A DNA stretch of 53,190 nucleotides from an uncultured Oscillospiraceae bacterium (lineage in GTDB: Bacteria > Bacillota > Clostridia > Christensenellales > CAG-138): positions 1 to 53,190 of the forward strand of contig CAYMSL010000001.1 in the NCBI GenBank assembly GCA_964393095.1, in the 5' to 3' direction. Every line of letters begins with the position of its first letter. Position 1 is the first letter of the stretch. Under the pieces are notes generated by a model that was not told the origin of the DNA, made no database searches, and worked only from the letters and a program-made list of their open reading frames with translations. The position numbers were made by a program, and so were the translations under genes. This document shows positions 45,974-53,190 of the stretch, piece by piece.

Positions 45974-46300
45974 TCAGGGCGCTACGCAAAGCTCCCTGCG
46001 CAGCAAAACGATCTCCGCGATCAGTTCCCTGGCAAGCGCCGCGCACATCAAATGATCCTGCGCGTGGGAAAGCAGGATATCGCCGCCGTCGAGCTCGCCC
46101 GAGGCGTAGCGCCGCAATAGCTCCGAATGCGCCTTGTGCGCTTCGAGCGCATAGTCGTCCGCATCCTGCATGAGCGTGTCCGCCCTCGCAAAATCCTGCT
46201 TCTTTGCTTCGCCGAGCGCTTCAAAGGCCGCGCCGCGCGCCGCGCCCGCGCTTGCGATGATGCACATTGCGATCTCTTCCATGCCTTCATCCAACGCCAT
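45974..46300 (-). CDS. PTS lactose/cellobiose-family EIIA component
   Basis: 108 aa helical protein. IIASAGAARGAAFEAL...AHKAHSELL...LLSHAQDHLM is typical of EIIA-Lac/Cel. RBS AAGGAGG. Confidence 0.85.
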   Translation of the reverse strand: MALDEGMEEIAMCIIASAGAARGAAFEALGEAKKQDFARADTLMQDADDYALEAHKAHSELLRRYASGELDGGDILLSHAQDHLMCAALARELIAEIVLLRRELCVAP

Positions 46301-46336
46301 GGCATATCCTCCTTGGTTTTACGCCGCTTCAGCGGC

Positions 46337-46389
46337 GGTATCGGGCCGCATGCCCGGCTTTTAATACAGGCTCACGGTTCCTGTTCCAT
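46337..46389. repeat. copy A of a 62-nt-period tandem duplication
   Basis: GGTATCGGGCCGCATGCCCGGCTTTTAATACAGGCTCACGGTTCCTGTTCCAT closely matches 46399-46452. Confidence 0.85.
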
Positions 46390-46398
46390 TTCAGCTGG

Positions 46399-46452
46399 GG
46401 TATCAAGCCGCATGCGCCGGTTTTTAATACAGGTTTACGGTTCCTGTTCCAT
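46399..46452. repeat. copy B of the tandem duplication (includes last 6 codons of the small ORF)
   Basis: GGTATCAAGCCGCATGCGCCGGTTTTTAATACAGGTTTACGGTTCCTGTTCCAT. It overlaps the stop region of CDS 46435-46665. Confidence 0.85.
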
Positions 46453-46665
46453 GGTGACGGAAAAGTAGAGGGTGTTGCCCCAGTCGTAGCTTCTCACGAT
46501 ACGCTTAGCAAGGCTGACGGCGTTGTAGCCGCCAACGCCCGTGATATCGAACTCCAGGCGCATCCCCTCCTGACGGCGAAAGCGGATGAATATCCCGTCC
46601 TTGTCGTAGCCGTCCAAAACCTCCCGTACCTTATGCGTCAAAAGCGGTGCCCTGACCACCAGCAT
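46435..46665 (-). CDS. small hypothetical protein (76 aa)
   Basis: The ATG at 46665 is preceded by AAGGAG. It sits between the DUF871-like and EIIA genes. I recognise no family. Confidence 0.55.
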   Translation of the reverse strand: MLVVRAPLLTHKVREVLDGYDKDGIFIRFRRQEGMRLEFDITGVGGYNAVSLAKRIVRSYDWGNTLYFSVTMEQEP

Positions 46666-46669
46666 GCTC

Positions 46670-47797
46670 TCACTCCTTACAATCCGTTTCAATCATATAC
46701 GATCGCAAAGCGTCGCGCAAATACGCGAGCAGCGGCTCGTCGTCTTCGCATACCCGCCCGACGACGTTGGCAAACGGCTGCGCCGGCAGGTCGGATAGCA
46801 AAATTTGCAGTTCGCCGGCGTACTGCGCGCTCAGGGTATTGTCCATCGTCACCTCGCCGCGCTTTCCCGGCCGCGTTTGACACGGTTCGAGAAGAATGCC
46901 GCGCGCCGCCGTGCCGCGCAACAGATCAACCGGCTCGTCTTCGCGGTTGCAAAACACGATTTGCCCAAGCGCCCGGATCACGTCTTTGGGCACCCAGTCG
47001 AAGAAGCGCACCCGCAGCCTTGTCGGCGCGCCCGAAAGCGCAACGACGAGCTCCGCGAGTTCCTCCTCCGACGCGAAGCCGTCCCCGAAGAGAACGTCGT
47101 CCACCCCGAGAAAGGTCAGGATGCGCGCCGCCGTATAAGGCGCGGCATACCTTAGCTTCTCCACCGTCGGCACGCCGCGGCTCGGCGCATGCAGCATCGA
47201 CGGCGCGGCGCGCGAGGCGACAAACGCGCTCACCCGAACGCCCCGCGCGCGCAGCCAGCCGCATGCGGCAGCCACCGCCTGCTCCGAAATACCCGTGCCG
47301 CAGCGCGGGTAAAAGTTAAAGCAGGCCTCGACCCGCTTTGGGTCGCCCTCGCGTTCGATGCGCTCGAACAGCTTCTGCGCCAGGGATACCGTTTGGGGGC
47401 GATCCGGACGCAAAGACGCACAGTTAAGCTGCAGCCCGAGCCCGCTTTCGTGTCTCGAAACCGCCGCGAGCGCTTCGATCGAGAGACCGCTGTCGATGCG
47501 CACGCCGCACACCCCCATATCCGCAAGGCGGTTTAGCGCCGCGTCGAGGCCCCCGAAGGTTTCGATTGCCGCGTCGTTGAGATCGCACCAGACGGAGAGA
47601 TTCCGCGCCGCGCAGGCGTGAACCGCCCGCGTAAACACCGGCGCATCGGGCCGCTGCGCGCCGGCAAAATGCAGGCTCTCGAGAATCATGGAAAGGAACG
47701 CGCGCTGACAGCCGGCCGCCGCCGAACGTTCGATATACGCCTCGAGCGCCGCTTCCTCCGCCAGATCCGGATAGAGACTGATTCCCGCCTGATGCAT
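46670..47797 (-). CDS. DUF871 / MupG-like 6-phospho-glycosidase family protein
   Basis: 375 aa. N-terminus GISLYPD..., FYPRCGTGIS, and C-terminal VTMDNTLSAQYAGELQIL resemble DUF871 proteins. The S. aureus member MupG is a 6-phospho-N-acetylmuramidase. Confidence 0.7.
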   Translation of the reverse strand: MHQAGISLYPDLAEEAALEAYIERSAAAGCQRAFLSMILESLHFAGAQRPDAPVFTRAVHACAARNLSVWCDLNDAAIETFGGLDAALNRLADMGVCGVRIDSGLSIEALAAVSRHESGLGLQLNCASLRPDRPQTVSLAQKLFERIEREGDPKRVEACFNFYPRCGTGISEQAVAAACGWLRARGVRVSAFVASRAAPSMLHAPSRGVPTVEKLRYAAPYTAARILTFLGVDDVLFGDGFASEEELAELVVALSGAPTRLRVRFFDWVPKDVIRALGQIVFCNREDEPVDLLRGTAARGILLEPCQTRPGKRGEVTMDNTLSAQYAGELQILLSDLPAQPFANVVGRVCEDDEPLLAYLRDALRSYMIETDCKE

Positions 47798-47808
47798 ACA
47801 AAACCCCG

Positions 47809-49119
47809 CTATTTCAGGTACGCAAGATGTTCGCCGTGGGCCGTGATCATCTCATCGAGCATCGCCTTGGCCACGTCGATGTCGTTGACAAAGGGGTTGG
47901 CGAGCAATGCGCTAAGCGCCGCCGCGTAGCTGCCCGTCGCCGCCGCCCTTACGCTCAGGCGTTCGTAGGCCTTCACCTGCTGGATCAGCCCCGTGACCAG
48001 CTCGGGTATCGCGCGGCGAATCGGAACGGGTTTTGCGCCGTCGCGGCCGATCACGGCGTTGACCTCGATCACCGCGTCGTCCGGCAAGACGGCCAAGGCG
48101 CCGCCGTTTTTGACGTTTACGGTGTGAATCTCGCGCTTGTCGTTATAGATGGCGTCGACGAGCGATATCGCGGCTTCGGAATAGTAGGCGCCGCCGCGCA
48201 GCTCAAGCTCCTTCGGCTTGACGTCGAGCGTCAAATCGCGATACTGCGCGAAGAGCTTTTTTTCGATCTCCATCACCTGCCGCGCGCGCGAGCCGTTCTT
48301 CGCAAAATCCGCCTTTTCCTGCGCGAGCATCGTACGGTTTCCGAAATAGTAACGGTGATAGGGATTCGGCAGCATGCCAAGCTCGCGGATGAAGGAAAGA
48401 TCCCACGCGCGGTCGGACAGCTTCCCGAGCGCCTCCGTTAAAAGCGCGTCGTCCTGCAGCAGCGCCGGCAACAGGTCGTCGCCGTCGAGCGTGATCTTCG
48501 ATACGAAGCTCATGTGGTTAAGGCCGATAAACTCGGCGTCCACGCGCGACGCTTCCACGTCGAGGCGCTTGGCAAAGTCGCGCTTGATGCAGATGGGAAT
48601 GTTGCATAGTCCCATCGCGCGCACGCCGCCATACTCGAGCACGGCCTCGGTGACGATACCGGACGGGTTCGTAAAGTTGATGAGCCATGCGTCGTCCGAA
48701 TATGCCTGAATGTCCCGGCAGATGTCGAGTATCACCGGCACGGTGCGCAGCGCCTTGCAATAACCGCCAGGGCCCGTCGTCTCTTGGCCGATGACGTCAT
48801 AGCCGAGCGGAATACTCTCGTCCTTTGCTCGCGCCTCAAGCCCGCCGACGCGAAACTGCGTGAGCACGAAATCCGCGTGTTCAAGCGCTTCGCGGCGATC
48901 GAACGTCACGTGTACGTCGATGTCCACGCCGGCTTTTTTCAGCATGCGGCGCGTCAGTTCCCCAATGATATGAACCTTCTCCCGGCCCATCGGCACGTCG
49001 AAAAGCCACAGCTCGGAAACGGGCAGCGAGTCGCGCCGCCGGATGATCCCCTCGATCAGTTCGGGCGTATAGCTGCTGCCGCCGCCGATCACCGCGATTT
49101 TCAGTTTTCCCTTGACCAT
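47809..49119 (-). CDS. GH4 6-phospho-beta-glucosidase (CelF/ChbF/LicH-like)
   Basis: Trimmed to MVKGKLKIAVIGGGSSYTPELIEG. QFRVGGLEARAKDESIPL, GQETTGPGG, NFTNPSG and GLCNIP are GH4 hallmarks. Confidence 0.9.
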   Translation of the reverse strand: MVKGKLKIAVIGGGSSYTPELIEGIIRRRDSLPVSELWLFDVPMGREKVHIIGELTRRMLKKAGVDIDVHVTFDRREALEHADFVLTQFRVGGLEARAKDESIPLGYDVIGQETTGPGGYCKALRTVPVILDICRDIQAYSDDAWLINFTNPSGIVTEAVLEYGGVRAMGLCNIPICIKRDFAKRLDVEASRVDAEFIGLNHMSFVSKITLDGDDLLPALLQDDALLTEALGKLSDRAWDLSFIRELGMLPNPYHRYYFGNRTMLAQEKADFAKNGSRARQVMEIEKKLFAQYRDLTLDVKPKELELRGGAYYSEAAISLVDAIYNDKREIHTVNVKNGGALAVLPDDAVIEVNAVIGRDGAKPVPIRRAIPELVTGLIQQVKAYERLSVRAAATGSYAAALSALLANPFVNDIDVAKAMLDEMITAHGEHLAYLK

Positions 49120-49121
49120 GT

Positions 49122-49664
49122 TTACCCTTCTTTCTCTGCGCTTGACCCGACAAGTTCCGGCGCAAGCCCGCTGAGCCGATCGTATCCGGTGCGGTCGGTT
49201 CGATCGGCGAAGATGAGAATCACCGCGATCATAAACGGAAACCCGCGAAAAAACAGCACAAGCACCGGTTTGATTGCGGCGCGCAGCAGGAGCTTGAGCG
49301 CCGTGAGCCAGCGCTTTTCGGCCTGCTTCACGGCAACGAGCCGAAGCCCGGCGATTAATTTCCCGACCGTGCGGCCGCCGGTAAGAACGGTGACGGCCGC
49401 TTCCCAACCGCCCCAAATTAAAAGCGACTGCAGATAGGCGGTGTTGAACGTTTCGTTGAAGGAGGCGTACGCCGCGGCGAACGCCTCCTCCGTGCCGCCC
49501 ATGCCGTTGAGCGCTTTGAGCGCTTGGATTGACGCGACAATCCGCGGTGCGCCAAAGACCCGCTCGCATAGCAGCAGGATCCCGGCAAGTATCGCGGCGT
49601 CAATCAAAAAGCTCAAAAGGCGCATTAAACGCCGCTTTGTCAGTAAATGCGTCTCAAGGTGCAT
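49122..49664 (-). CDS. RDD-family membrane protein
   Basis: 180 aa. RRLMRLLSFLIDAAILAGILL and GRTVGKLIAGLRLV are typical of the RDD domain. Its stop lies 2 nt before the GH4 start. Confidence 0.6.
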   Translation of the reverse strand: MHLETHLLTKRRLMRLLSFLIDAAILAGILLLCERVFGAPRIVASIQALKALNGMGGTEEAFAAAYASFNETFNTAYLQSLLIWGGWEAAVTVLTGGRTVGKLIAGLRLVAVKQAEKRWLTALKLLLRAAIKPVLVLFFRGFPFMIAVILIFADRTDRTGYDRLSGLAPELVGSSAEKEG

Positions 49665-49867
49665 CGTCTCTTCCTTCCGATAGCCCCGTGGAATTGGTTC
49701 GGCGTCCGTCGCGCGTAGTCGAACCGCCCGCCGAAGCGATGCGCGCGCCGCCCTTGGCGCGCTTTGGGCGGCGTGTCCGGCAAACGGCGTGATTCTTCCA
49801 TATGCGTTGAGAGCGTGCCGTTAACATACTCTAAAAGATCATAGGATACAAGCCGCTTGCGAGAGGT

Positions 49868-49897
49868 CCCGCCGGCAAACCGCGATTTGCCGGCGGG
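49868..49897 (-). other. perfect 12-bp hairpin in the IIC-RDD spacer
   Basis: CCCGCCGGCAAA, 6-nt loop, TTTGCCGGCGGG. It begins 18 nt after the IIC stop. No U-run follows on either strand. Confidence 0.7.
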
Positions 49898-49914
49898 CCG
49901 TGCGGCAGAATCGG

Positions 49915-51213
49915 TTACGCCGCCGCTTCCGCGGCGAGCTCTTTTTCCGCCTGTTCCTTCTTCACCTCGTTTTTATCCCACGCCCGAATGAACGGGTACC
50001 AGATAAAGAACGCGATCAGGAAGTTGATCACCTGCAGAATCAAGCCTCCGACCTTTCCGCCCGTGGCAAGATAGCCGCAGATAAAGTATGGCGTCGTCCA
50101 GGTGATCGTAAGTCCGGACGGCGCCGGGAATATGCCCGCACGCATGGTCAGGTAGGTAAAGATTGCGATGATGACCGGCGCGCAGATGTAGGGAATCATC
50201 AGGAATGGGTTCAGCACGATAGGCAGGCCGAACACGACCGGTTCGTTGATGTTGAAGAGGCCGGGCGCGAGCGAAAGCCGGCCAATGTCCTTGCCAACCT
50301 TGCTGCGGGCAAAGCAGACGAGCCAGAACACGAGCGGAAGCGTTGCCCCGGAGCCGCCGATCCACAGGAAGTTTTCTACGAAGGACTGCGTCACGATGTG
50401 CGGCAGCGCCGCGCCGACGCGGTAGGCCGCGAGGTTTTCCAGCGTCGCGTTGGCCCAGATCGGCTCCATGACGGAGGAGACGATGTTGGAACCGTGGATG
50501 CCGAACGACCAGAGGATCTGCTCGACGAGCGTCGTAAACGTGACGCCGCCAAGCGACGTGCCGACCTTCGTCAGCGGCGCGCTGACCGCCCAGCCGATAA
50601 ACGTCGCAATGTTGCCAAACGGCGTAATCGAGAAGAGGAGCTTAATTAACAGCGCGAGCACGATGATGATCACGCCCGGAATGAGCGCGATAAACGAGCC
50701 GGAAATCGACGGCGGCACGCTGTCCGGCAGCTTGATGACCCAGTTGCGCCGCACGATGAACTGGTAAACCCAGCCGACGAGCAGCGCGATGATCAGCGCG
50801 ACAAAGAGGTAGCTCGTGCCGAAGTAGTCCGCGTTCCAGGACCAGGTTTCGGCGTCGAACTGACTCACGATCAGATAGGTGGAAACAGACAGGACGCCGG
50901 CCGGCATGCCGTCGACGCCGTAGCTGTCCGCAAGCGATTTTGCCACGCCGAAACCGGAGATGATGCTGATGATCGACATCGTCGCCGGAAACACCGTGTT
51001 CCACACAAGCGTATCGCCCCAGCCCTCGCCGAACAAGCGCATCATCAGGTTTTGATATGCCTGAATCGGGAAATCGCTGATGATAATAAACATAGAACCA
51101 ATGATCATCAACGGCATCGCAAGAATGATGCCGTCGCGCAGCGCGAGCAGAACGCGGAAATTCGCGATTCTGGTCGCAATCGGTATGAATTTTTCTTCAA
51201 ACCACCTTTTCAC
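49915..51213 (-). CDS. PTS lactose/cellobiose-family EIIC permease
   Basis: 432-aa polytopic protein. FIPIATRIANFRVLLALRDGIILAMPLMIIGSMF is a typical CelB/ChbC N-terminus. GTG start with RBS GAGGGAGGG. Confidence 0.9.
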   Translation of the reverse strand: MKRWFEEKFIPIATRIANFRVLLALRDGIILAMPLMIIGSMFIIISDFPIQAYQNLMMRLFGEGWGDTLVWNTVFPATMSIISIISGFGVAKSLADSYGVDGMPAGVLSVSTYLIVSQFDAETWSWNADYFGTSYLFVALIIALLVGWVYQFIVRRNWVIKLPDSVPPSISGSFIALIPGVIIIVLALLIKLLFSITPFGNIATFIGWAVSAPLTKVGTSLGGVTFTTLVEQILWSFGIHGSNIVSSVMEPIWANATLENLAAYRVGAALPHIVTQSFVENFLWIGGSGATLPLVFWLVCFARSKVGKDIGRLSLAPGLFNINEPVVFGLPIVLNPFLMIPYICAPVIIAIFTYLTMRAGIFPAPSGLTITWTTPYFICGYLATGGKVGGLILQVINFLIAFFIWYPFIRAWDKNEVKKEQAEKELAAEAAA

Positions 51214-51243
51214 GTCTATCCCTCCCTCATCGATCCAACACGT

Positions 51244-51558
51244 TCAGTTCTTCTGCTCAAGCAGTGCCAACGCTTCTTCGAGTATCTTTTTACCGTTCAT
51301 CATGCCGTAATCGCGCATTTCGATTACGCTCACGAGCGTCCCGAGCGGTTCGTACTTTGCCTTGAGCTTGCCAAGCAGATACCGCACCTGCGGGCCGAGC
51401 ATGAGCACATCGGGCGTTTCCGGAAGCCCCTTCTGCACGATCGGCTCGCCGAACGCCTTGATCTCCGCCTCGACGCCGCGTTCCTTCGCCGCTTTCTGCA
51501 TGCGATCGACAAGCAGGCTCGTGGACATCCCCGCTGCGCAGCACAGCACAATTTTCAT
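51244..51558 (-). CDS. PTS lactose/cellobiose-family EIIB component
   Basis: Trimmed to MKIVLCCAAGMSTSLLV, which carries the active-site Cys motif. 104 aa. RBS AAAGGAGG. Confidence 0.9.
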   Translation of the reverse strand: MKIVLCCAAGMSTSLLVDRMQKAAKERGVEAEIKAFGEPIVQKGLPETPDVLMLGPQVRYLLGKLKAKYEPLGTLVSVIEMRDYGMMNGKKILEEALALLEQKN

Positions 51559-51628
51559 AGGCGATTTCCTCCTTTCCCGAGAATTGCCGCCCACACGGCG
51601 GAGAATCCGAAAGCGTATTTCTTCCGGC

Positions 51629-52165
51629 TTAACCCTCGTAGCGCCGCCTGCTCTCTTCGGCAAGCCGCGCGTCAAGTTCGGCGCAAACCTGTTGTTCCAT
51701 CTCGCGCAGGCGCTTGCAATAGTCGCCCACCCTGCCGCTTAGCGCGATACTGATGCCGACGATCAAGAGCGATATCTGCGGCAGCAGCAGCGCCGTCATC
51801 AGAATTTTGTACCATCCCGCGCTTGCGGCGCCAAACAGCGGGCGAATCAAAACAAGCAGCGAATACCCGCTGCCAAGAATCATCATGAGCGCCGCCGAAC
51901 GCGAACCGTTGACAACGAGAAAGTAAGCAAACGTCGCCACGACGAGAAGAACCGAAAAGGAAGCCAGCCTAAGCAGAATCGATGTGCCGGGAACAAACAG
52001 ATTTGCAAGCCGGTCGAGCGCCACGATGCAGCCCCAGTAGACCATGGCGCGCGTTAAATTCCGATTTGTCGCGGCAAACGCAGGATTTTCGGCACACTCT
52101 TTTGTCCGCGCCGCCGCGAGGAGCCGGTTTCGTTCCTGCTGCTGTTGCCTTGTGTTCTCGGTCAT
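51629..52165 (-). CDS. hypothetical membrane protein
   Basis: 178 aa with four predicted TM helices. RBS AGGAG. I recognise no family. Confidence 0.5.
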   Translation of the reverse strand: MTENTRQQQQERNRLLAAARTKECAENPAFAATNRNLTRAMVYWGCIVALDRLANLFVPGTSILLRLASFSVLLVVATFAYFLVVNGSRSAALMMILGSGYSLLVLIRPLFGAASAGWYKILMTALLLPQISLLIVGISIALSGRVGDYCKRLREMEQQVCAELDARLAEESRRRYEG

Positions 52166-52320
52166 TTTTCCTGACTCCTATGGGATGCCGAACGGGTGAT
52201 TCTGCTATTCCTTACGCGACGGGCCGCGGCTCTATGGGCACGCGGTAAGAGGCGGCGCGATGTGATAACGCTGCGTTACGCGCCGACGGCCGAAGTTTTT
52301 GATCCTGTTCCGGCCACATT

Positions 52321-52349
52321 TTGACACATATTATTTAATCTGGTATAAT
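52321..52349 (+). promoter_or_regulatory. perfect-consensus sigma-A promoter on the + strand (antisense to the ROK-like gene)
   Basis: TTGACA (52321-52326), 17 nt spacer, TATAAT (52344-52349). Confidence 0.45.
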
Positions 52350-52376
52350 AATATTCGTCAATATGTGAATTGTCAA
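52348..52376 (-). promoter_or_regulatory. near-consensus promoter on the - strand for the membrane-protein/PTS genes
   Basis: Minus strand: TTGACA (52376-52371), 17 nt spacer, TATTAT (52353-52348). Its -10 overlaps the -10 of the + strand promoter. Confidence 0.5.
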
Positions 52377-52453
52377 TACGCACGCGCGAAGATCGCCGCG
52401 CGTCCGGCGTCGAATTCCCTCTTTTTTCGTTAAAAAGCGCCTGGGCGAAATCG

Positions 52454-53190
52454 CTAAACCGCGCGCAGGTAACGGTCGATGAGCTTTTGCAAAATGCCTG
52501 TCTGCGAGGCGTCGCAATTATCTGAGAGGACAAACTTCGTGCTCAGCGGCAGATCCCCTTCGCCCGCGAGGCTCGCAAACTTTACCGCGCCGTCGCAGAG
52601 GCGCCGCGCCGTGGCAAGATCGTTTGCGGCGATCACAAAATAGTCGGGATCGAGCAGCCAGAGCACGTTATAGATCGCCGTAAACAGCGGACGCATACGC
52701 TCGGCAAAACCCTCCTCGCGCTGCCATTCCCCCGAGACGACCTGCTCGACGCGCGCAAGCCGGTTCCCCCAGGTAACAAGCATCTTGCCCGGGTTTTTGG
52801 CAAGGCCGTCCACGCCCTCGTGCATCCGTCCATTTTTGATGAATACGCCGCTGATGCCGTCGCCAACGTAGAGGTAATACAGGCTTTGCTCGGGCTTCAT
52901 GGAAAAGTCGCGGCTCTGCGCCAGCGCGGCAAACGAAATATCCTGTCCGATCAGGATGTTGTGCGTTAAAAAGCGTTCGCGCAGCACGCTCGAGAACCCG
53001 ACGTCGTGATACCAGTCGAACAGCACCGAAGCCGCGCGGTCGCGCGTTTTATCATAGACGCCCGCGGTCGACAAGCCGACACCCAGCACGTTCCGGCCGC
53101 GGCAGCTTGCGTTCACCTCGTCCGCCAGCGCGCAGAACTGCGCGAAATAATCCCCGCCGGCGGAACCGCGCTCGAAGCTTGCGAGCCGGT
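52454..53190 (-). CDS. ROK-family-like protein, 5' end outside the window
   Basis: The reading frame stays open to the window edge. LGVGLSTAGV and YLYVGDGISGVFIKNG resemble ROK repeats. I could not see the usual CxCGxxGC zinc motif. Confidence 0.45.
   Translation of the reverse strand, partial: RLASFERGSAGGDYFAQFCALADEVNASCRGRNVLGVGLSTAGVYDKTRDRAASVLFDWYHDVGFSSVLRERFLTHNILIGQDISFAALAQSRDFSMKPEQSLYYLYVGDGISGVFIKNGRMHEGVDGLAKNPGKMLVTWGNRLARVEQVVSGEWQREEGFAERMRPLFTAIYNVLWLLDPDYFVIAANDLATARRLCDGAVKFASLAGEGDLPLSTKFVLSDNCDASQTGILQKLIDRYLRAV

Overview
The window looks like a high-GC, densely coding chromosomal segment from a Firmicutes/Clostridia-like genome. This is judged by eye from gene content (mazG-hup-SpoVB-like neighbourhood, PTS, corrinoid genes); no search was run. 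All family calls come from motif and architecture recognition in the translated ORFs.

Left to right:
- Two tRNA-Ser genes, the first cut by the window edge.
- A lipoprotein, a DUF5131 gene and a UPF0316 gene.
- A PucR regulator divergent from a six-gene folate/C1 block on the + strand: methyl-THF:corrinoid methyltransferase, corrinoid protein, RACo-type activator, MetF, a FolT-FolC fusion and a cyclodeaminase/cyclohydrolase.
- PadR plus DUF1700, and a small ACT-like protein.
- xpt-guaA, hup, mazG, a MurJ/SpoVB-type flippase, a LysM-M14 peptidase and an SPFH/zinc-ribbon protein.
- A non-coding stretch holding two ~114-nt structured repeats.
- An MBL hydrolase.
- A nine-gene minus-strand operon (CodA-like amidohydrolase, Xdh/Cox-type molybdoenzyme L/M/S subunits, AmiC/UrtA-type ABC importer), divergent from a LacI regulator and an atypical DHOD/DPD-like flavoprotein.
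- A thioredoxin-domain (YyaL-like) gene whose 5' end is replaced at the border of a low-GC island at ~37.7-40.9 kb. The island carries a membrane zincin, DUF4003, a frameshifted flavodoxin and a GNAT.
- A long minus-strand PTS region: IIB, IIC, RDD, GH4, DUF871/MupG-like, a small ORF, IIA, a GlmU-like nucleotidyltransferase, SIS, HAD, HPr and EI.
- A partial ROK-like gene at the right edge.

The best candidates for undescribed biology are the amidohydrolase/molybdoenzyme/ABC locus, the extended PTS salvage-like locus, the MT-I-less corrinoid module next to the FolT-FolC fusion, and the covarying tandem RNA-like repeats at 21.8-22.1 kb. Many long ORFs in the track are Arg/Ala/Pro-rich shadow frames of real genes and were discarded.
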